Positions 15,421-28,808 of a stretch of 64,000 nucleotides of DNA are shown here, piece by piece. The DNA is from Octopus vulgaris (Eukaryota). The first letter of the stretch is position 1. The number at the start of each line of letters is the position of its first letter. Made by a program: the position numbers and the translations under genes. The notes under the pieces are model-generated. The model had not been told where the DNA came from. It searched no databases and worked only from the letters and a program-made list of their open reading frames with translations. The stretch is taken from positions 22,940,001 through 23,004,000 of the forward strand of contig OX597823.1 in the NCBI GenBank assembly GCA_951406725.2, given 5' to 3'.

Positions 15421-15422
<2 letters not shown>
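14864..15422. mobile_element. Longest copy (~560 bp) of non-coding repeat family E, embedded in (ATT)n on both sides
   Basis: Shares sequence with 1376-1762 and 8900-9003; no long ORF; both ends abut ATT repeats. Confidence 0.85.
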
Positions 15423-15462
<40 letters not shown>

Positions 15463-15491
15463 GATTGCTATAATTATCATCATCATCATCA

Positions 15492-15538
<47 letters not shown>

Positions 15539-15629
15539 GACGTCGCACTGTATACAATATCGTGAGGTTGTTGATTGAAGATATTGTGTCTACTATATCC
15601 AGCCTTCAGTGTTCTAATTATTAATATTA

Positions 15630-15850
15630 TTAAGGCAACCAGCTTGCAGAATCATTAAAGCATTCGAAAAAAAAAATACTTTACAGTAGTTTATTCCAGC
15701 TCTATACATTCTGAGTTCAAATCTTATGAAGGTCAACTTTGCTTTTTTTTCTTTTTATGATTGATAATATAAAGTGTCTATCAAGTACAAGGGTCAATGG
15801 TATCAATTAAACCCTTCCCTTCAAACTGCTGGTTTTATGCCTAAATTATA
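15630..15850 (+). mobile_element. Decayed family B SINE
   Basis: gcagaatcatt...cattctgagttcaaatc...ggtcaactttgc core. Confidence 0.65.
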
Positions 15851-18061
15851 AATTATTGTTGTTTCTATGCAGTAATGCAGTATTTATATACACCCCCTTA
15901 TGTTCTCAATTGAATCAACATTTCTTCTCCTCACCTCCAGGGGTCAATATAATTAACTGTACCCTCCTATGAAAATTTATGGACTTGTGCCAGTGATATA
16001 AATCAATATTATTACAAGAGAGTGGTCGGTATAACTGGGAGGGTGCTGGATAGAATACCTTGCAGTATTTAGAGATTCCTCTTTTATATTCTGAGTTCAA
16101 ATCTTCTTAGGATTGGTTTTATCTCTCATTATTCTTCTGAGCAGCTACGGAAATAAAACAAATAGCAGTATTTCCGTGGGTGTCAGTCAGATTGATTATA
16201 GTTTCTTCCTTTTATTAATCTACCAATTTTAAAAACTAATTACTAAGTCGGTCACATCATTGAAAACTATACTAGGTCTTTGGATTATTTATAGTGCATT
16301 TTATTTTGCTTTACTTATTTATTTATTTTATTTATTTATTGTAATACCATCTGTCATTTTAATTCCTTTCCATCTTTTATTGTAAGTGCTTTGAGGCTTC
16401 ATAGGGTAAAATGAGATGTTCCATATTTTTTCCTTTTAAATTTTGTCAGATCATGAAGACATTACAAATGAGAAGAGTCAGCTGTTTCAACCAAATTATG
16501 CCACAGTTAATATATGCTATGTTGCTATGGTGATAAGTCATAGAGATAAGATGGTTGGACTGAATAAGTTATTGACCTATCTATCCATGAGTCATAATTT
16601 TAAATACACTACAGGTAACATTCCCTCTAAGCTGCATAGGTGTGTGGCTGTTCATTCCCTGTAATGGTGCAGCACACATCGAAATAACCTTCATTTAAAT
16701 TTACATTCATGTACAAGGCATTCCATTTTCTGTACTGATGTTATGATGGAATCTGTCATATTCTTTCTATGAGTGAATAGTGAGAAAGGCTACCTCTCAA
16801 GGGTTTGTGCCATGAAAACACACCCAGCAAACAGTGTAAAGAGATTGGCAAATGAGCAAAGAAAGTGCAGAATTGTGAGGTCCTTTTGACCCTTTCTTGC
16901 CAAGGTTTTCTCAAATTCTCTAATGTTGATGCCACAAGAAAATGCACCCTGTATGCTCAGTAGAGTGGTTAGAAATAGGAAGAGCATCCATCTGTAGAAA
17001 GAAAGCTAATATATGAGCACTGTCTTTTGAAGCAGTAACTTCTGATAAGAAAAAACTCAGACATCAAATCCAAAGTGGATGCTAAATGACAATGAAATGA
17101 TGATAAATGTGCTTGACAACTGCATTTAAATTTGAGTCTGACGTAGCATCATAAATTAATGTGTGTTTTCCATGCTCGCATAAGTTGGACTAGTATCTCT
17201 GAATTTAAATAAATTAAAATATCTTTGCTCAAAGTATCAAAAGTTCTGTTCAGTGGTGAATATTTAGAAAGTACATTGGTTACAGGTGCCTTGTGATATT
17301 TCTGAGCAGAGCATTTTATTCAACATGGCTCCAGTTTCTCCTGATTGACAGGATAAAGCAGAAGGTTCCAGATCATCAGACCATTGCATAATATTTCTCA
17401 CAAAAGGGTTGTGGTTTGGCAGATTCAGTAAAGTACTAAACAAAATGTCTCACAGTATTTGTTTATACTAGTGTGAGTTCTGAATTGGAATCTCTCTAGG
17501 GTTGACTTTACCTTTCCACATTCTAGGGTTGATTAAATAATAGGATCAATTTAACTGACTGTCTGTTCCTTCCAAGTTTGTGCTCATGCACCACATTTAA
17601 AAATTAATGTTTCTTTTAATAAACTGGTCAGTCTATCCAATGGAAGATATATGTATTGGTCACATAATATCATGAAACCACAGCTAATCACCAGCTATGG
17701 AAAGTTGCCATGAGGTTTAGGAGGCATTTTCATAACATTACATGTGGCAACAATATCCTCCAAATATAAAATTGGCAGTTACAGAAAGGAATACAACTGA
17801 AATATTCAACAAATATCACTAACATTGCTTCCATGTTTTACACCTTACAATCATAAATTCACGTATTTGTAGCAAATTCGACCATCTGTTGTTTATAAAA
17901 CTGTGCCCTTCCTTCTAAAAACATCCATCGTTGAACATTTGTTTTTGTGTAAGCAGGAAAAGTACATTCACTGAAGCAATGTGTGTGTGTCTGTGTCTGT
18001 GTCTGTGTGTTTGTTTGTGTGTCTGTGTGTAAGTATATATGTATGTATATATATATCAATG

Positions 18062-18109
<48 letters not shown>

Positions 18110-18169
18110 CATACAATGTATACATATTACATTTATGTGTGCATATGCGTGTGTGTGTGTGTGTATATA

Positions 18170-18209
<40 letters not shown>

Positions 18210-19724
18210 GTGTGTGATTTATGAAAACAATGGGTCCAACAAAAAAATGTTTTTTTTCTGCCAGAACACATCTAGGAATGAAGTAAAACACTTTTTGTTG
18301 AGCTCATCGTTTTAATAAACATGTTCCAATTCAGTATTAATGTTTGGAGATTTTTATTCTCTGTGGTCATATGACTGAACTGGTAACTACAAGATTCACT
18401 AGTAAGTTTGTATGTTTTGTATGTGTGTGTATTTGTAAGTATGTGTGTGTATATACTATGTTTTGATGTGTGTATATACATGTGTGTTTATGAGTATGTA
18501 CGTGCACATGTGCTTATATATTTCTGTCTCTCCATGGACATATGTATGCACAGAACTGCATGTTTTGACCTAGGTAGAGGTGTGTGTGTGTGTGTGTGTG
18601 TGTGTGTCTGTCTGTGTGTGTGTGTCTACATGTTTATATGTGTGTATGTATGTACCTGTTGCAATCTAAACATTTGGGATGTTTTACATATTTTCTTTTC
18701 CATTAATGGTTTGCAATTGTAATTTCTCAATTAGCCATATCTTTTCTGGCTATGTGAAGCCCAGTCTCTCAAGATTACTGCTGAAGCAGTAAGTTACATA
18801 GCCAAATGCCCCACTAATTACAGGTGTAAATCTAAAATTATACTAAGGGTGTTTATCTGCAGATTCAGCCTGAAGATCTGTTTTTTTATCTTTAACATTA
18901 ATGTCTACTGGACAACTGATTTGTAGTGCTGTGCACACTTTCTTTGTCTGGTCTGAGATAATTAAATCTAGTTAGTTGTGTCTTACATAATACAGACATT
19001 TCAAAAGAAATATTCCACCAGCAGTTTTTATATTATGGATGATTATTCCCTCTACACCACCATACAATGTAAACCTTTCTACAGATTACATTATACACTT
19101 TTAGGTCACTTATAATGACATTTTCAGATGTGGGTGACATCTTCAATGTTAATTATACAGAATATATATTAGTAGTTACATTTTAGTGTTTTTACTTGCA
19201 CATCTATCTCTTTTATGCATCAGGTGTTTTGTTCTTTTCTGCTACAAGATTGCAAAAGTATACATTTCAAAATGACAGCAAAAACCATCATTGTTGTCAG
19301 GAGATTGGGAAAGTACTAAGAGTCTTTACTTTTCTTTGTTTATTTTTGCTGAAAGCAATAAGATCAAGAGAGTGAAAAGAAGAAAGAGTAATGAGGGAAG
19401 AACCCTGGAGATACAGGAGGTAGTAATGGAAGAGAGATAGTGACAGCAGCGGTAGCTATGTGTTGGTTTGGCTGGTTAGAGATTGAGCAAGAGAGGGATG
19501 TGTGGAGGTGAATATTGAGTGAGCTTGGAGTGAGAGAAGGATGATGGTGGGGGATGTAGAATGATGAAGTCAGTCCCAATGCAGTCCCTCGCTAGGAGAG
19601 TGAGTGATCGATGGAAAGGTATTGAAGAGCAGAGTATAGGAAACTTAACAGGAATATAATGGGTGAGAGAGAGACAAACATTGACATGCTGTGCCTCTCA
19701 GCTTCCACTACTACCACCACCACC

Positions 19725-19739
19725 ACCACTGCTGCTGCA

Positions 19740-19806
<67 letters not shown>

Positions 19807-19855
19807 TTACTACTACTATTACTATTACTACTACTACTACTACTATTACTATTAC

Positions 19856-19930
<75 letters not shown>
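19725..19930. repeat. Compound (ACC)/(ACT)n/(AAT)n microsatellite
   Basis: Direct reading; source of the poly-T/L/N ORFs. Confidence 0.95.
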
Positions 19931-19932
<2 letters not shown>

Positions 19933-19934
19933 TA

Positions 19935-21067
19935 ATGTTTGCTTTACCTCACATGCATAAGTGGGTGGGTTTTCTCCAGCATCGCATGTCATCATATATC
20001 ACAATCCTTTGCCATCTCCTACGTGAGGTTCAGCTTTTTCAAATCAGTCTTCAGTATCTTCCTAGATGTTCCTTTTCTTCAGGTTCCATTAACTTTGTAT
20101 ACTCAACACCTTATGACAATTTATGCAAATGTCATCCATGAGCAGACCACATAGACTTCTTTCTTAAATACTACTTCTGATTCCTATTCTATCCAATTTT
20201 TCTCTTGGCTTGTTTGTGTTCCATTATTCATGCCCACAAGCATCGCACATCCAATGTTTACTTAATTTCTTTCTACTCTTCTTCTCAAATCCTTTGCATT
20301 CAAGATCTATATCATACTATCATGAAGCATTTCACTTCATACACAAGCATTATACAATTTGTCCGTCACTCTGAGAGAGAAACCTTTTGTTACCAACAAA
20401 TGTAGTAACTCACTGAACTCTATCTTCCATGTTCTTTCTCTGGCTACAATGTTTTCAGAGCATCCACCTCCACTGTTTTGTAGGTTACCTAGCTAATGAA
20501 AGCTGTCATCTACTTCTAGGGAGCTCTCAGGTATTAAAAACAAATCTATTTCATGTGTTGTTATTACTTACTACTACTGTACATCTGCTGCATATGAAAT
20601 TTATCTTCTTTATCTTGCCTGTGATCCAGTCAAACATCTGTGTCACTAGTTTACACTGGATGCACCAATTTGAATTCCTATCTCCTCTCTTTCAGTATAT
20701 TGAACATTGTCATTTTCTTGATTGGGTCCTGTATTCTTTCCTATTTACTAAAACTTTAGTCATTGCTAGGTTTACCTTGAGGCTTGTTGTCAGTATTAAG
20801 TTTTACTTGAATGTCTCAAATTTCTTCTTTAAATCTAATATAGATTCAGCTACAATAATTAAGTTATCAACACAACGGAGTGTCCATTACCAGCTGGTCT
20901 TCTTCTATAAGACCAAGTGGGCTATGATAAATGGAGTAGGTTATGAAGACTATGCCCAGATGGACCTCCACCTGCATGTTAAATATGGCCCTGAACTCAT
21001 TGCTAACACTTATCAGGCTGACCACAATTTAGCACATGGCTTGTGTAGCCTTCGCAAGTTGTTCATC
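19935..21067 (-). mobile_element. Old RTE LINE fragment (RT C-terminal half), heavily decayed
   Basis: Minus frames give EFSELLHLLVTKGFSLRVTDKLYNACV and KTSW*WTLRCVDNLII (decayed RTGCPWELLYADDL), plus KVNGT*RKG near the C-terminus. Confidence 0.65.
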
Positions 21068-21085
21068 AATATATATAAAGTTGGT

Positions 21086-21303
21086 AAGATGGTGAGTTAG
21101 CAGAAACGTTAGCATGCCAGGCAAAATGCTTAGTGGTATTTCGTCTGTCTTTACATTCTGAGTTCAAATTCTGCCGAGGTTGACTTTGCCTTTCATCTCT
21201 TTTGGAGTCAGTAAATTAAGTACCAGTTGCATACTGGGGTCGATCTAATTGACTCCCTCCACCCATCCCAAAAATTGGGGGCCCTGTGCCTAGAGTAGGA
21301 AAG
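21086..21303 (+). mobile_element. Family B SINE with 16-bp TSD
   Basis: TSD aatatatataaagttg (21068-21083) / aatatatataaggttg (21304-21319); tail ...ccctgtgcctagagtaggaaag. Confidence 0.9.
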
Positions 21304-21799
21304 AATATATATAAGGTTGTGAAACTTATTCTCTACCTGAATAGAAATACTTCCTAGTATGAATTAAACTCTTATTGTGGGGTGCAAGAGATAGCATCTT
21401 ATTTCATTGAGAACTTGATACTATATCTCATTTCCCCCCCCCCCCACACACACACACACAAAAGCAAGTAAAAGTATTCTGACACATATACACATACACA
21501 TAATCAAATGTAAAAATGCATGTAAATATGCCTATATACACACTGAACCATAAACAAGATATTCAGTATCAGATTCTGGATTGGAATGAAATCAAATTTG
21601 AGGTGGAGGTTTTATCAGAACACAGGACGATTGATGAGAGGAGGAAATCATTATACATATTTATATAAAATATTGGTTTGTATATGATATTTATATACAA
21701 TATTGGGTTTCCTAAATCAATATTGTAAATTTCAGATCACTTACATAGAGAGAGAGAGATACCTGTTATTTAGAAGATGAAATCATGCCAAATGTAATG

Positions 21800-21990
21800 T
21801 TTGTTCAGCCCCAGGTTGACCCTATTCAAATTGGCCTATGATCAAATGCATTTCTGCTGTGACTATCCCATCTTTTTGCATGATATATAAGTACTAAATA
21901 ATTTAATATTCCTTTGCCGTTTTTAAGATGGTAGGGCTTGATTTGGATGTTGCTATTTCTGGCAGATTGAGTGATCTCGTAGAGTTTCCC
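21800..21990 (-). mobile_element. Interspersed repeat family F (…tcagggctgacctggggctaaacaac-type tail), decayed
   Basis: gttcagccccaggttgaccctattc...ctatgatcaaa motif recurs near 23605, 25470, 25675, 41105, 54470 and 55795. Confidence 0.55.
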
Positions 21991-23785
21991 CCTCTTTGAC
22001 TCATTGCCAAAGGTGTTGTAACCGAAGATGTTCGTGTATGTTGGTGTATAATGTATATTGTGAGATGATGTGTAAATTAATGTTTCAGAAAGGGTCATTC
22101 CTCTGAGAGGAAAGGTGCAATACATTTAAGAAATTTTCCATTAAGCTTGTCGGTAAGTGAGAAGAAGGTGGTTTGTTTTGATGAAAGGATCCACCCAAAA
22201 TCTTAGTCACTACTTCCTCTTTCAGTACAAGAACAACAACAAACCTCTTCTGCTTTAGTCTTTTTTTTTTAGTTCCATTTTTGCTGTGCTTTTTCTTATT
22301 TTCAATTTGATTTGTTCTGGTGCAGACTACCACAATCCCATCAGTCCTGATGACTTTCCTTATTTATACTTGTATTGTAAGGTGATAGGGTTAACAAAAC
22401 AAAAAATATTTAACTTTTTTTTCTCTTACTGGTATATGGAAAAACTGCAAGTGGGTGATGTTGACCATCTCAACCAATCAGTTTTTTTAAAGATTGGTGT
22501 ACTTTCAGGAAAAGATTTCCATGAAATACACACACACACACAAACAAACAAACATATGTATACATTAGTGATCGAGAGGTGATGACTGCTTAATGTTTTT
22601 TCCTAAAGAAATCCCTACTTAGCTTCCATGCTGGTAAACATGACACCTAGTGCAATGTTAAAATTATTTCAACCAGATGTTAAATATATTGTGGAAAAAA
22701 TATGAGATAGTGACTGAACATTCTCAACCTTCCCTCTTCTATTAACATATAGGTTTATTTTTTATTTTTACATTTTTTGTTATTGAATCCAAAGGATAGT
22801 TTTCTGTTTATCACTTTGAAGTAATCTAATCTAGTGTCGAATGACGTTCTTGAAAAGGTTGTTAAAGCAGTTATATCACACAGATGTAAAATAAAAGGTG
22901 TAAGGACAGTTTTATTATTATTAATATTATTGAAAGCAGTGGATTGGCAGTACTAATAAAGCATTGGGTAAAATGCTTTGCTGTAATTTTCCATCTCTGT
23001 ACAATCTGAGTTCAAATTCTAACAAGATCAACTTTTCTTTTGACATCCTTTTTGCTCCTCTGTCAATAGATTTTCTTATTCCAGAAAATGATATACTTCA
23101 TCAGATCTGAGGCTAGTTAATAGTTCCCTTGAGTAATGGCAAGTTGTTCTCTAAGTTTTATAAGTTAGTCAAAAGAGGTGCACCAGCTCCCATGATCTTT
23201 GCAGATCTTCCCCACTCAGTCCTAGACTGATGAAAGTTATGTGGCCAATACAAAACCTGAATGCCTGAAGTTCAGTGTCTCTCTGCAGGGAAAATGTGGA
23301 CAAGAAGAAACAGTGTTGTCTGGTTTGAATATTTACAACAAAGTGAACTTCACTAAATGTTCTTCAACATTTAGTTCAAATCTCAAGGTGGTTGACTCCA
23401 TATTTTAACCATTTATCTCTGTAGAATAAATAAAATAATACCTGTCATATATTGGTGTTCCAGTCAACTGACCATATACAACCCTGAAAACCTATCATCT
23501 AAGCATCGATATAGATGATACTCTATGCTCCATGTATCAATAACATGTCCCAAGATGTCTACTTATATGAATATACTAATATTGCCATATTTGGTAGTTG
23601 TTTCTGTTAAGACCCAGGTCAGCCCTATTCAAGGAAACTTATGATCAAAGATAGTTAAATCATTTTTTTCTAGACATAAAGCATTTAATACGTCAGGAGG
23701 AGTTACTGTTATTTTAGCTGGTTGTGATCAAAAATAGCCTGCCATCCCTTCCCCAACATTGTTTTGTCAACGTTATTTGGTCAGT

Positions 23786-24001
23786 AAGGTGGTGAGCTGG
23801 CAGAAACGTTAGCATGCCAGGCAAAATGCTTAGCAGTATTTCATCTGTCTTTATGTTCTGAGTTCAAATTCCGTCGAGGTCGACTTTGTCTTTCATCCTT
23901 TTGGAGGTCAATAAATTAAGTAACAGTTGCATACTGGGATTGATCTAATCAACTGGGCCCCCTCCCTAAAAATTTCGGGCCTTGTGCCTAGAGTAGGAAA
24001 G
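23786..24001 (+). mobile_element. Family B SINE with 17-bp TSD
   Basis: TSD aacgttatttggtcagt (23769-23785) / aacattatttggtcagt (24002-24018). Confidence 0.92.
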
Positions 24002-24375
24002 AACATTATTTGGTCAGTTCCTTTATCTCTTTCTTTTGGCACCACATAGAGGTATAACATTGCTACTTTTGCCAGTGATGCTAAGCAGCTATCACATTAA
24101 TAATTAGCAGCAACCCTAACACTAACGATATTCTGTTTGTATCCTGTCACAGGTATTGTTTAATACCTGCAATAAGCTCACTGAATTTATAACAAGCCAG
24201 TCCACCAAGCTAAATTGAGTATCCATGAGGAAATATAACCGATTGATCTAATCAGTGGAGGTACACAGTCTGTTTAAGTGAAGGGTGCATTTTTAACTTA
24301 ATGTATTAAGTTAAAAATCTCCATAAGCATCATTTAATGTCTTATCCAAAAAGTAGAAAGTGGTAAATATACATA

Positions 24376-24412
<37 letters not shown>

Positions 24413-24753
24413 GCAAGTACATACACATGCACACACACATACACACACACACACACAGAGGAAGAGAGTTGTCAATCACTTTGTCTTAAAACAGAAGATA
24501 AGCTCCATCACTTCTTGATATCTTCCATTAATGGTGATGGATAAAAGTGAATGCAAATTACCATATAGTTATAAATATGTATATATCTTCGTAAACAGAC
24601 GTATATACATGTGTATGAATGTGTGTGTGTGTATGTGTGTGTGTGTATGTGTGTGTGTTTGTGTGTGTGTGTGTATATATATATTTGTGCATGTGTATGC
24701 ATATAGTGGAGGTAAACAGCAAGATACGTATATGTGTCTATAAATTATACAGA

Positions 24754-24793
<40 letters not shown>

Positions 24794-26149
24794 AAACAGA
24801 TCAAGGTATGCATGCCTTTATGTTATTTCTATTAAGATTCTTCGGCAATAGAACAGCTTTTTTTTTTCTTTATCTAAGAGTGAAAATTATTCTAATCTGA
24901 AGTGGACGTAGTTTGTCACATACACACACAATTTTTATGAATTATAAATACACACACACACACACAAACATACAGATATTTTCCATTGAAATATCTTTTT
25001 CTGAGTATTATCTGCATATATTTCAATGATTTATATTAAAGCAGCAAGCTTTAGTCTCTAACTAAAAAGCCTTAAGCAAGAATGTTTGCTAGTGAAAATC
25101 TCTTTCTTGAAGGTGGGGAGGGATTTTTAATTCTTTTTGTCTTTTTTCTTCGTTTTTTTGTCTGTTTTTTTTTTTATTCAAAACATTTCTTAGAGTATTC
25201 AATTTTTATCTTATTCTACATTGAGAGAGACATATTGTTAGCTGTATGGTAGATCAATACTCTTGCAATTACTCTAGGAGTCATACAATTGATGTTTGAA
25301 ATCCCCTTGCCATTTTGGTATCTGGATCCATGTTATCTATCAGTTAGAGATGGAAGTGAAATTTATTCATTTCATGAGACTTTCTAAAGAAATTCATATC
25401 AGATCAAATAAGGATTCAAAAGAAAAATAAAATGTAAACTATGTTGTTGTAGTTGTTGTTGTTGTTGTTTAACTCCACGTTAGACTTAGTGGAGCAAGGT
25501 CTTATTGACGAAAAATATCGTATAGCTAAGACTATGTAATTCAATTGTGGCCTTTTGTCCTAAGTCAGTAGGATGTGATATAATGGAGATTGGTGCTATT
25601 TCTACCAGGTCAAACAACCAGATATGGGGTTCTTTTGTTGGCTGATGTAAGCTTAGTGATTCTGTTGTTGCTGTTGTTTAGCCCTAGGTCAGCTTTGGTC
25701 AAAGAGACTTACAGTCGAATGCATTCCAGCAATAACAATAACTTTTGTTGGGTTTTTTTTTTTGTTTTTTGGGGGGATTTTTTTGGGTTTTTTTCAAACA
25801 TAGCCTGAGTGATCATATTGAAACTCTTTAGTTAGTTGTTATGCTCTTAGTGTGAAGCAAACCTTTCTTCCAGTCCTCAGATCTGAATTGGCAAAATGGT
25901 GAAGCTGATCACACTTTTGGTTGTTCATTTGGTGGTTACTAATTCAGTTGTAGGTGTGTTGTAGAGATTCTGGACAAAACTTGTTCTTCTACATAATCTC
26001 AGTCCACCTGGCTGTCAGTGGGAATAGGTACTTTCAGTTTATTTAAGAAATGTTGTTTGTGATAGGCTGGCCTTTCATCCAGGAGGCTAGTATGAAGTGA
26101 TGCTTAACTTGTCTTGCCCTCAATAAGGAATACATAAATATATACATTG

Positions 26150-26385
26150 TCATCATCATCGTTCTCACATCCATTTTTCTATTTACATGGGTTGGACAGA
26201 ATTTGTTGAAGTGAATTTTCTGTGGCCTGGTATCATTCCTGTCACAAACCCTCACCTGTTTCTGAGTAAGCTAATATTTCCCCATGGCCAGAAATGTTTA
26301 CACAGAATATTGGAAATGATGGACACGATTTGCATTTACAACTATGTGATATCAAGACAAAGAGACAGTAACATCACACACACAC
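26150..26385 (-). mobile_element. SINE-like repeat (family G) with an RTE-related (GAT)n tail
   Basis: Similar to 27520-27740 (-), 49330-49520 (+) and 62400-62600 (+); ends in catcatcatc on the + strand. Confidence 0.6.
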
Positions 26386-26405
26386 GTATATTTATATATA
26401 TATAT

Positions 26406-26589
26406 GTGCCGGTGGCACGTAAAAAGCACCCACTACACTCACGGAGTGGTTGGCATTAGGAAGGGCATCCAGCTGTAGAAACACTGCCAGATCAGACTGG
26501 AGCCTGGTGCAGCCTTCTGGCTTCCCAGACCCCAGTTGAACCGTCCCACTCATGCTAGCATGGAAAGCGAACGCTAAATGATGATGATG

Positions 26590-26591
<2 letters not shown>
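26406..26591 (+). mobile_element. 5'-truncated RTE LINE 3' end within (TA)n
   Basis: gtgccggtggcacgtaaaaagcac...ggaagggcatccagctgtagaaac...catgctagcatggaaagcg...(gat)n; same as the 3' UTR at 32636-32828. Confidence 0.88.
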
Positions 26592-26619
<28 letters not shown>

Positions 26620-26623
<4 letters not shown>

Positions 26624-26780
26624 CAGGTTTCTTTCAGTTTCTGCCTACCAAATCCACTCACAAAGCTTTGGTCAGCCTGGGGCTGTGGCAGAAGACACTT
26701 GCCCATGGTGACATGCAGTAGGACTAAATCTGGAACCACTTGGGTCAGAAGCAAGCCCCTTACTATGAAGCCATACCTCT
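26620..26780 (-). mobile_element. Family C SINE 5' part
   Basis: Reverse complement of ...ggcaagtgtcttct...gaccaaagctttgtgagtggatttggtagg. Confidence 0.7.
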
Positions 26781-27468
26781 GTGTGTGTGTGTGCGCACAT
26801 GCATGCACGCACGAGTGTGCACACACAAGTTTTTCCTTTTGTTTTGAATTTGTCAATCTATGGTTATATTTTAAGCAAGAAATATAAGAAATATTTATAT
26901 TTTCTATATAAGATATGAAAATTTGCAAGCTACATGAAATGTGTACATAGACGTTAATGAACCATTAGTATATATTCTCCCAGATACTTATATGTGTGCC
27001 TAGTCTACTTGTTGTTTGTTGATCAAATTTCAGCTTTTTGGTTGAATAAAATTTTCTTCAGGAAAAACTGTTTGCTATACAATTTGTTCATTTAGCATAC
27101 CATTCGTATATGCCCTCCCAATCACTTACACACATGCGTAGTTGGCTTGTGGTTCATTGATCAAATTTCACCTCATTAGACTGGTTGAATTTTCTTTAGA
27201 AAAACCATTCATTATTTAACTTGTTTACAAAATAAATGTTCAAATATGGGTACCTCACTGCTGTGCCCATATATGTTTATGTATTTGTCTTGCAAGATTT
27301 TTGACACATGGGACAGAGAGTCGCTGCAGATGTCACAGAATGTATGATAAAAGAACTGTGACAGACAAATAAACTAAAAAAAAACAATACTAATAAAATT
27401 GAAGTAAAGGTTAAATAAATGGTGCATGCGTTTAATTGGCAAAAGATGATCATCCCCAAGTATAACAA

Positions 27469-27506
<38 letters not shown>

Positions 27507-27781
27507 ATGTGTATAATAACCGTCTGAGCTCATATGGATCAAATAGTGTTTACTGAAACAGATTTTTTGTGGCTGGATGCCTTTTCTGTCACTAACCCTT
27601 CCTGTTAGCAAGCAAGGTAATATTTCTTGATGACCAAACATGTTTCTATTGAATATTGCAAAATGAATGACACTGCTTATATGGCAACGATACACATTTA
27701 CAACTATCATGTGACATAATGACAGGGAGACACAAGCATACATACACTCTTACACACATATATATATATACACACATACAT

Positions 27782-28540
27782 CTAGGAACAGGAGATTGCC
27801 ACATAGTACCAGGTGAAAAAGAGAGACAGTGACGCTCTTGTAATCCCAAGGTGCAACTACATGTGTAGGCTATGTCATGTTTCTGTGGAAGACATCACAC
27901 ATGTGATTAGCAGCTGCCCTAAAATGTCACCATGGTACTACTTCCCTATGCGGCATGATGTTGTTGCTAAGACAATTTACAATGCCCTCCACAAAAAAGG
28001 GTGTCCTGAAATAAACTTAGAAAATCCTTCTGTTATGGAGTACATTCATAAACACCAACTCAAGGAATACTGGTGGAATATTCCCATCAAAACTTCTGTC
28101 AAATGTAAACATAACAGGTTGGATATTGTTTTTTGAGACATAGGGGCAAAGGTATGTACCATCATAGTGGTCAGCTGCCTGCAGATATAAATATTTCTTT
28201 GAAAAGCAAAGAAAAAGAGGATATCTATGGACAACTGCTTCAAAACCTCCATATGAATTCATATTCATACCAATAACAATTGGAGCACTAGGCTTTGTTA
28301 GTAAATGCTTAAAGGAGAATCTGGATAAACTGGAATTTTCAGAAAGAGAAACTGATTGGTTGATTCATACATTACAAGTGCAATCTGTGAGTGGAACAGT
28401 AAAAATATGGAAGACTTTTCTCAAGTTCCTCATGTGAATATGTCTGTGTTAGCTACATCTCAAAGATGGAACCTTGTATCTTTGTTGGAAACCGGCTCCC
28501 TCCTCAGTGGAAAATTTATAATAATTAAAAAATAGAAGAG

Positions 28541-28541
<1 letters not shown>
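27782..28541 (+). mobile_element. 5'-truncated RLE non-LTR retrotransposon (R4/Dong-like) with CCHC and RLE, ending in (CATA)n
   Basis: EQEIAT..CRLCHVSVEDITHVISSCPKM..RHDVVA..YWWNIPIKT..HNRLDIV..PITIGALG..KTFLKFLM*, then about 100 nt of 3' UTR and (CATA)n; the 5' flank is also cacataca. Confidence 0.87.
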
Positions 28542-28601
<60 letters not shown>

Positions 28602-28605
<4 letters not shown>

Positions 28606-28767
28606 TAAATGAAAGAATGGAGTCGAACGAAGATGTTAACAAAATTCCTTTACTCTCAACACATGTTTCGAAGACGGCATACTTTTATTCCAAAGGAATA
28701 AAGGGTGAATTTGCTACCCAGGTATCGGTTAAACGAATTTTCCATGCTAGGATAATTCATTCACCTA

Positions 28768-28770
<3 letters not shown>
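28602..28770 (-). mobile_element. Short insertion between two (TA)n tracts, probably a Penelope-like pseudo-LTR end
   Basis: Unique 170 bp flanked by (TA)n. The minus strand has CGAAAC-ATGT-GT, resembling the 3' half of a PLE hammerhead, but no CUGANGA 5' half is present. Confidence 0.4.

Positions 28771-28808
<38 letters not shown>

Noticed and set aside
20429-21100. 223-aa + strand ORF
   Set aside because: Antisense to a decayed RTE LINE; no recognisable domain.
22326-22381. Possible micro-exon (pyrimidine tract + tgcag, DYHNPISPDDFPYLYLYCK, AAG/gtgata)
   Set aside because: Weak donor site, no recognisable protein and no partner exons; needs RNA-seq.
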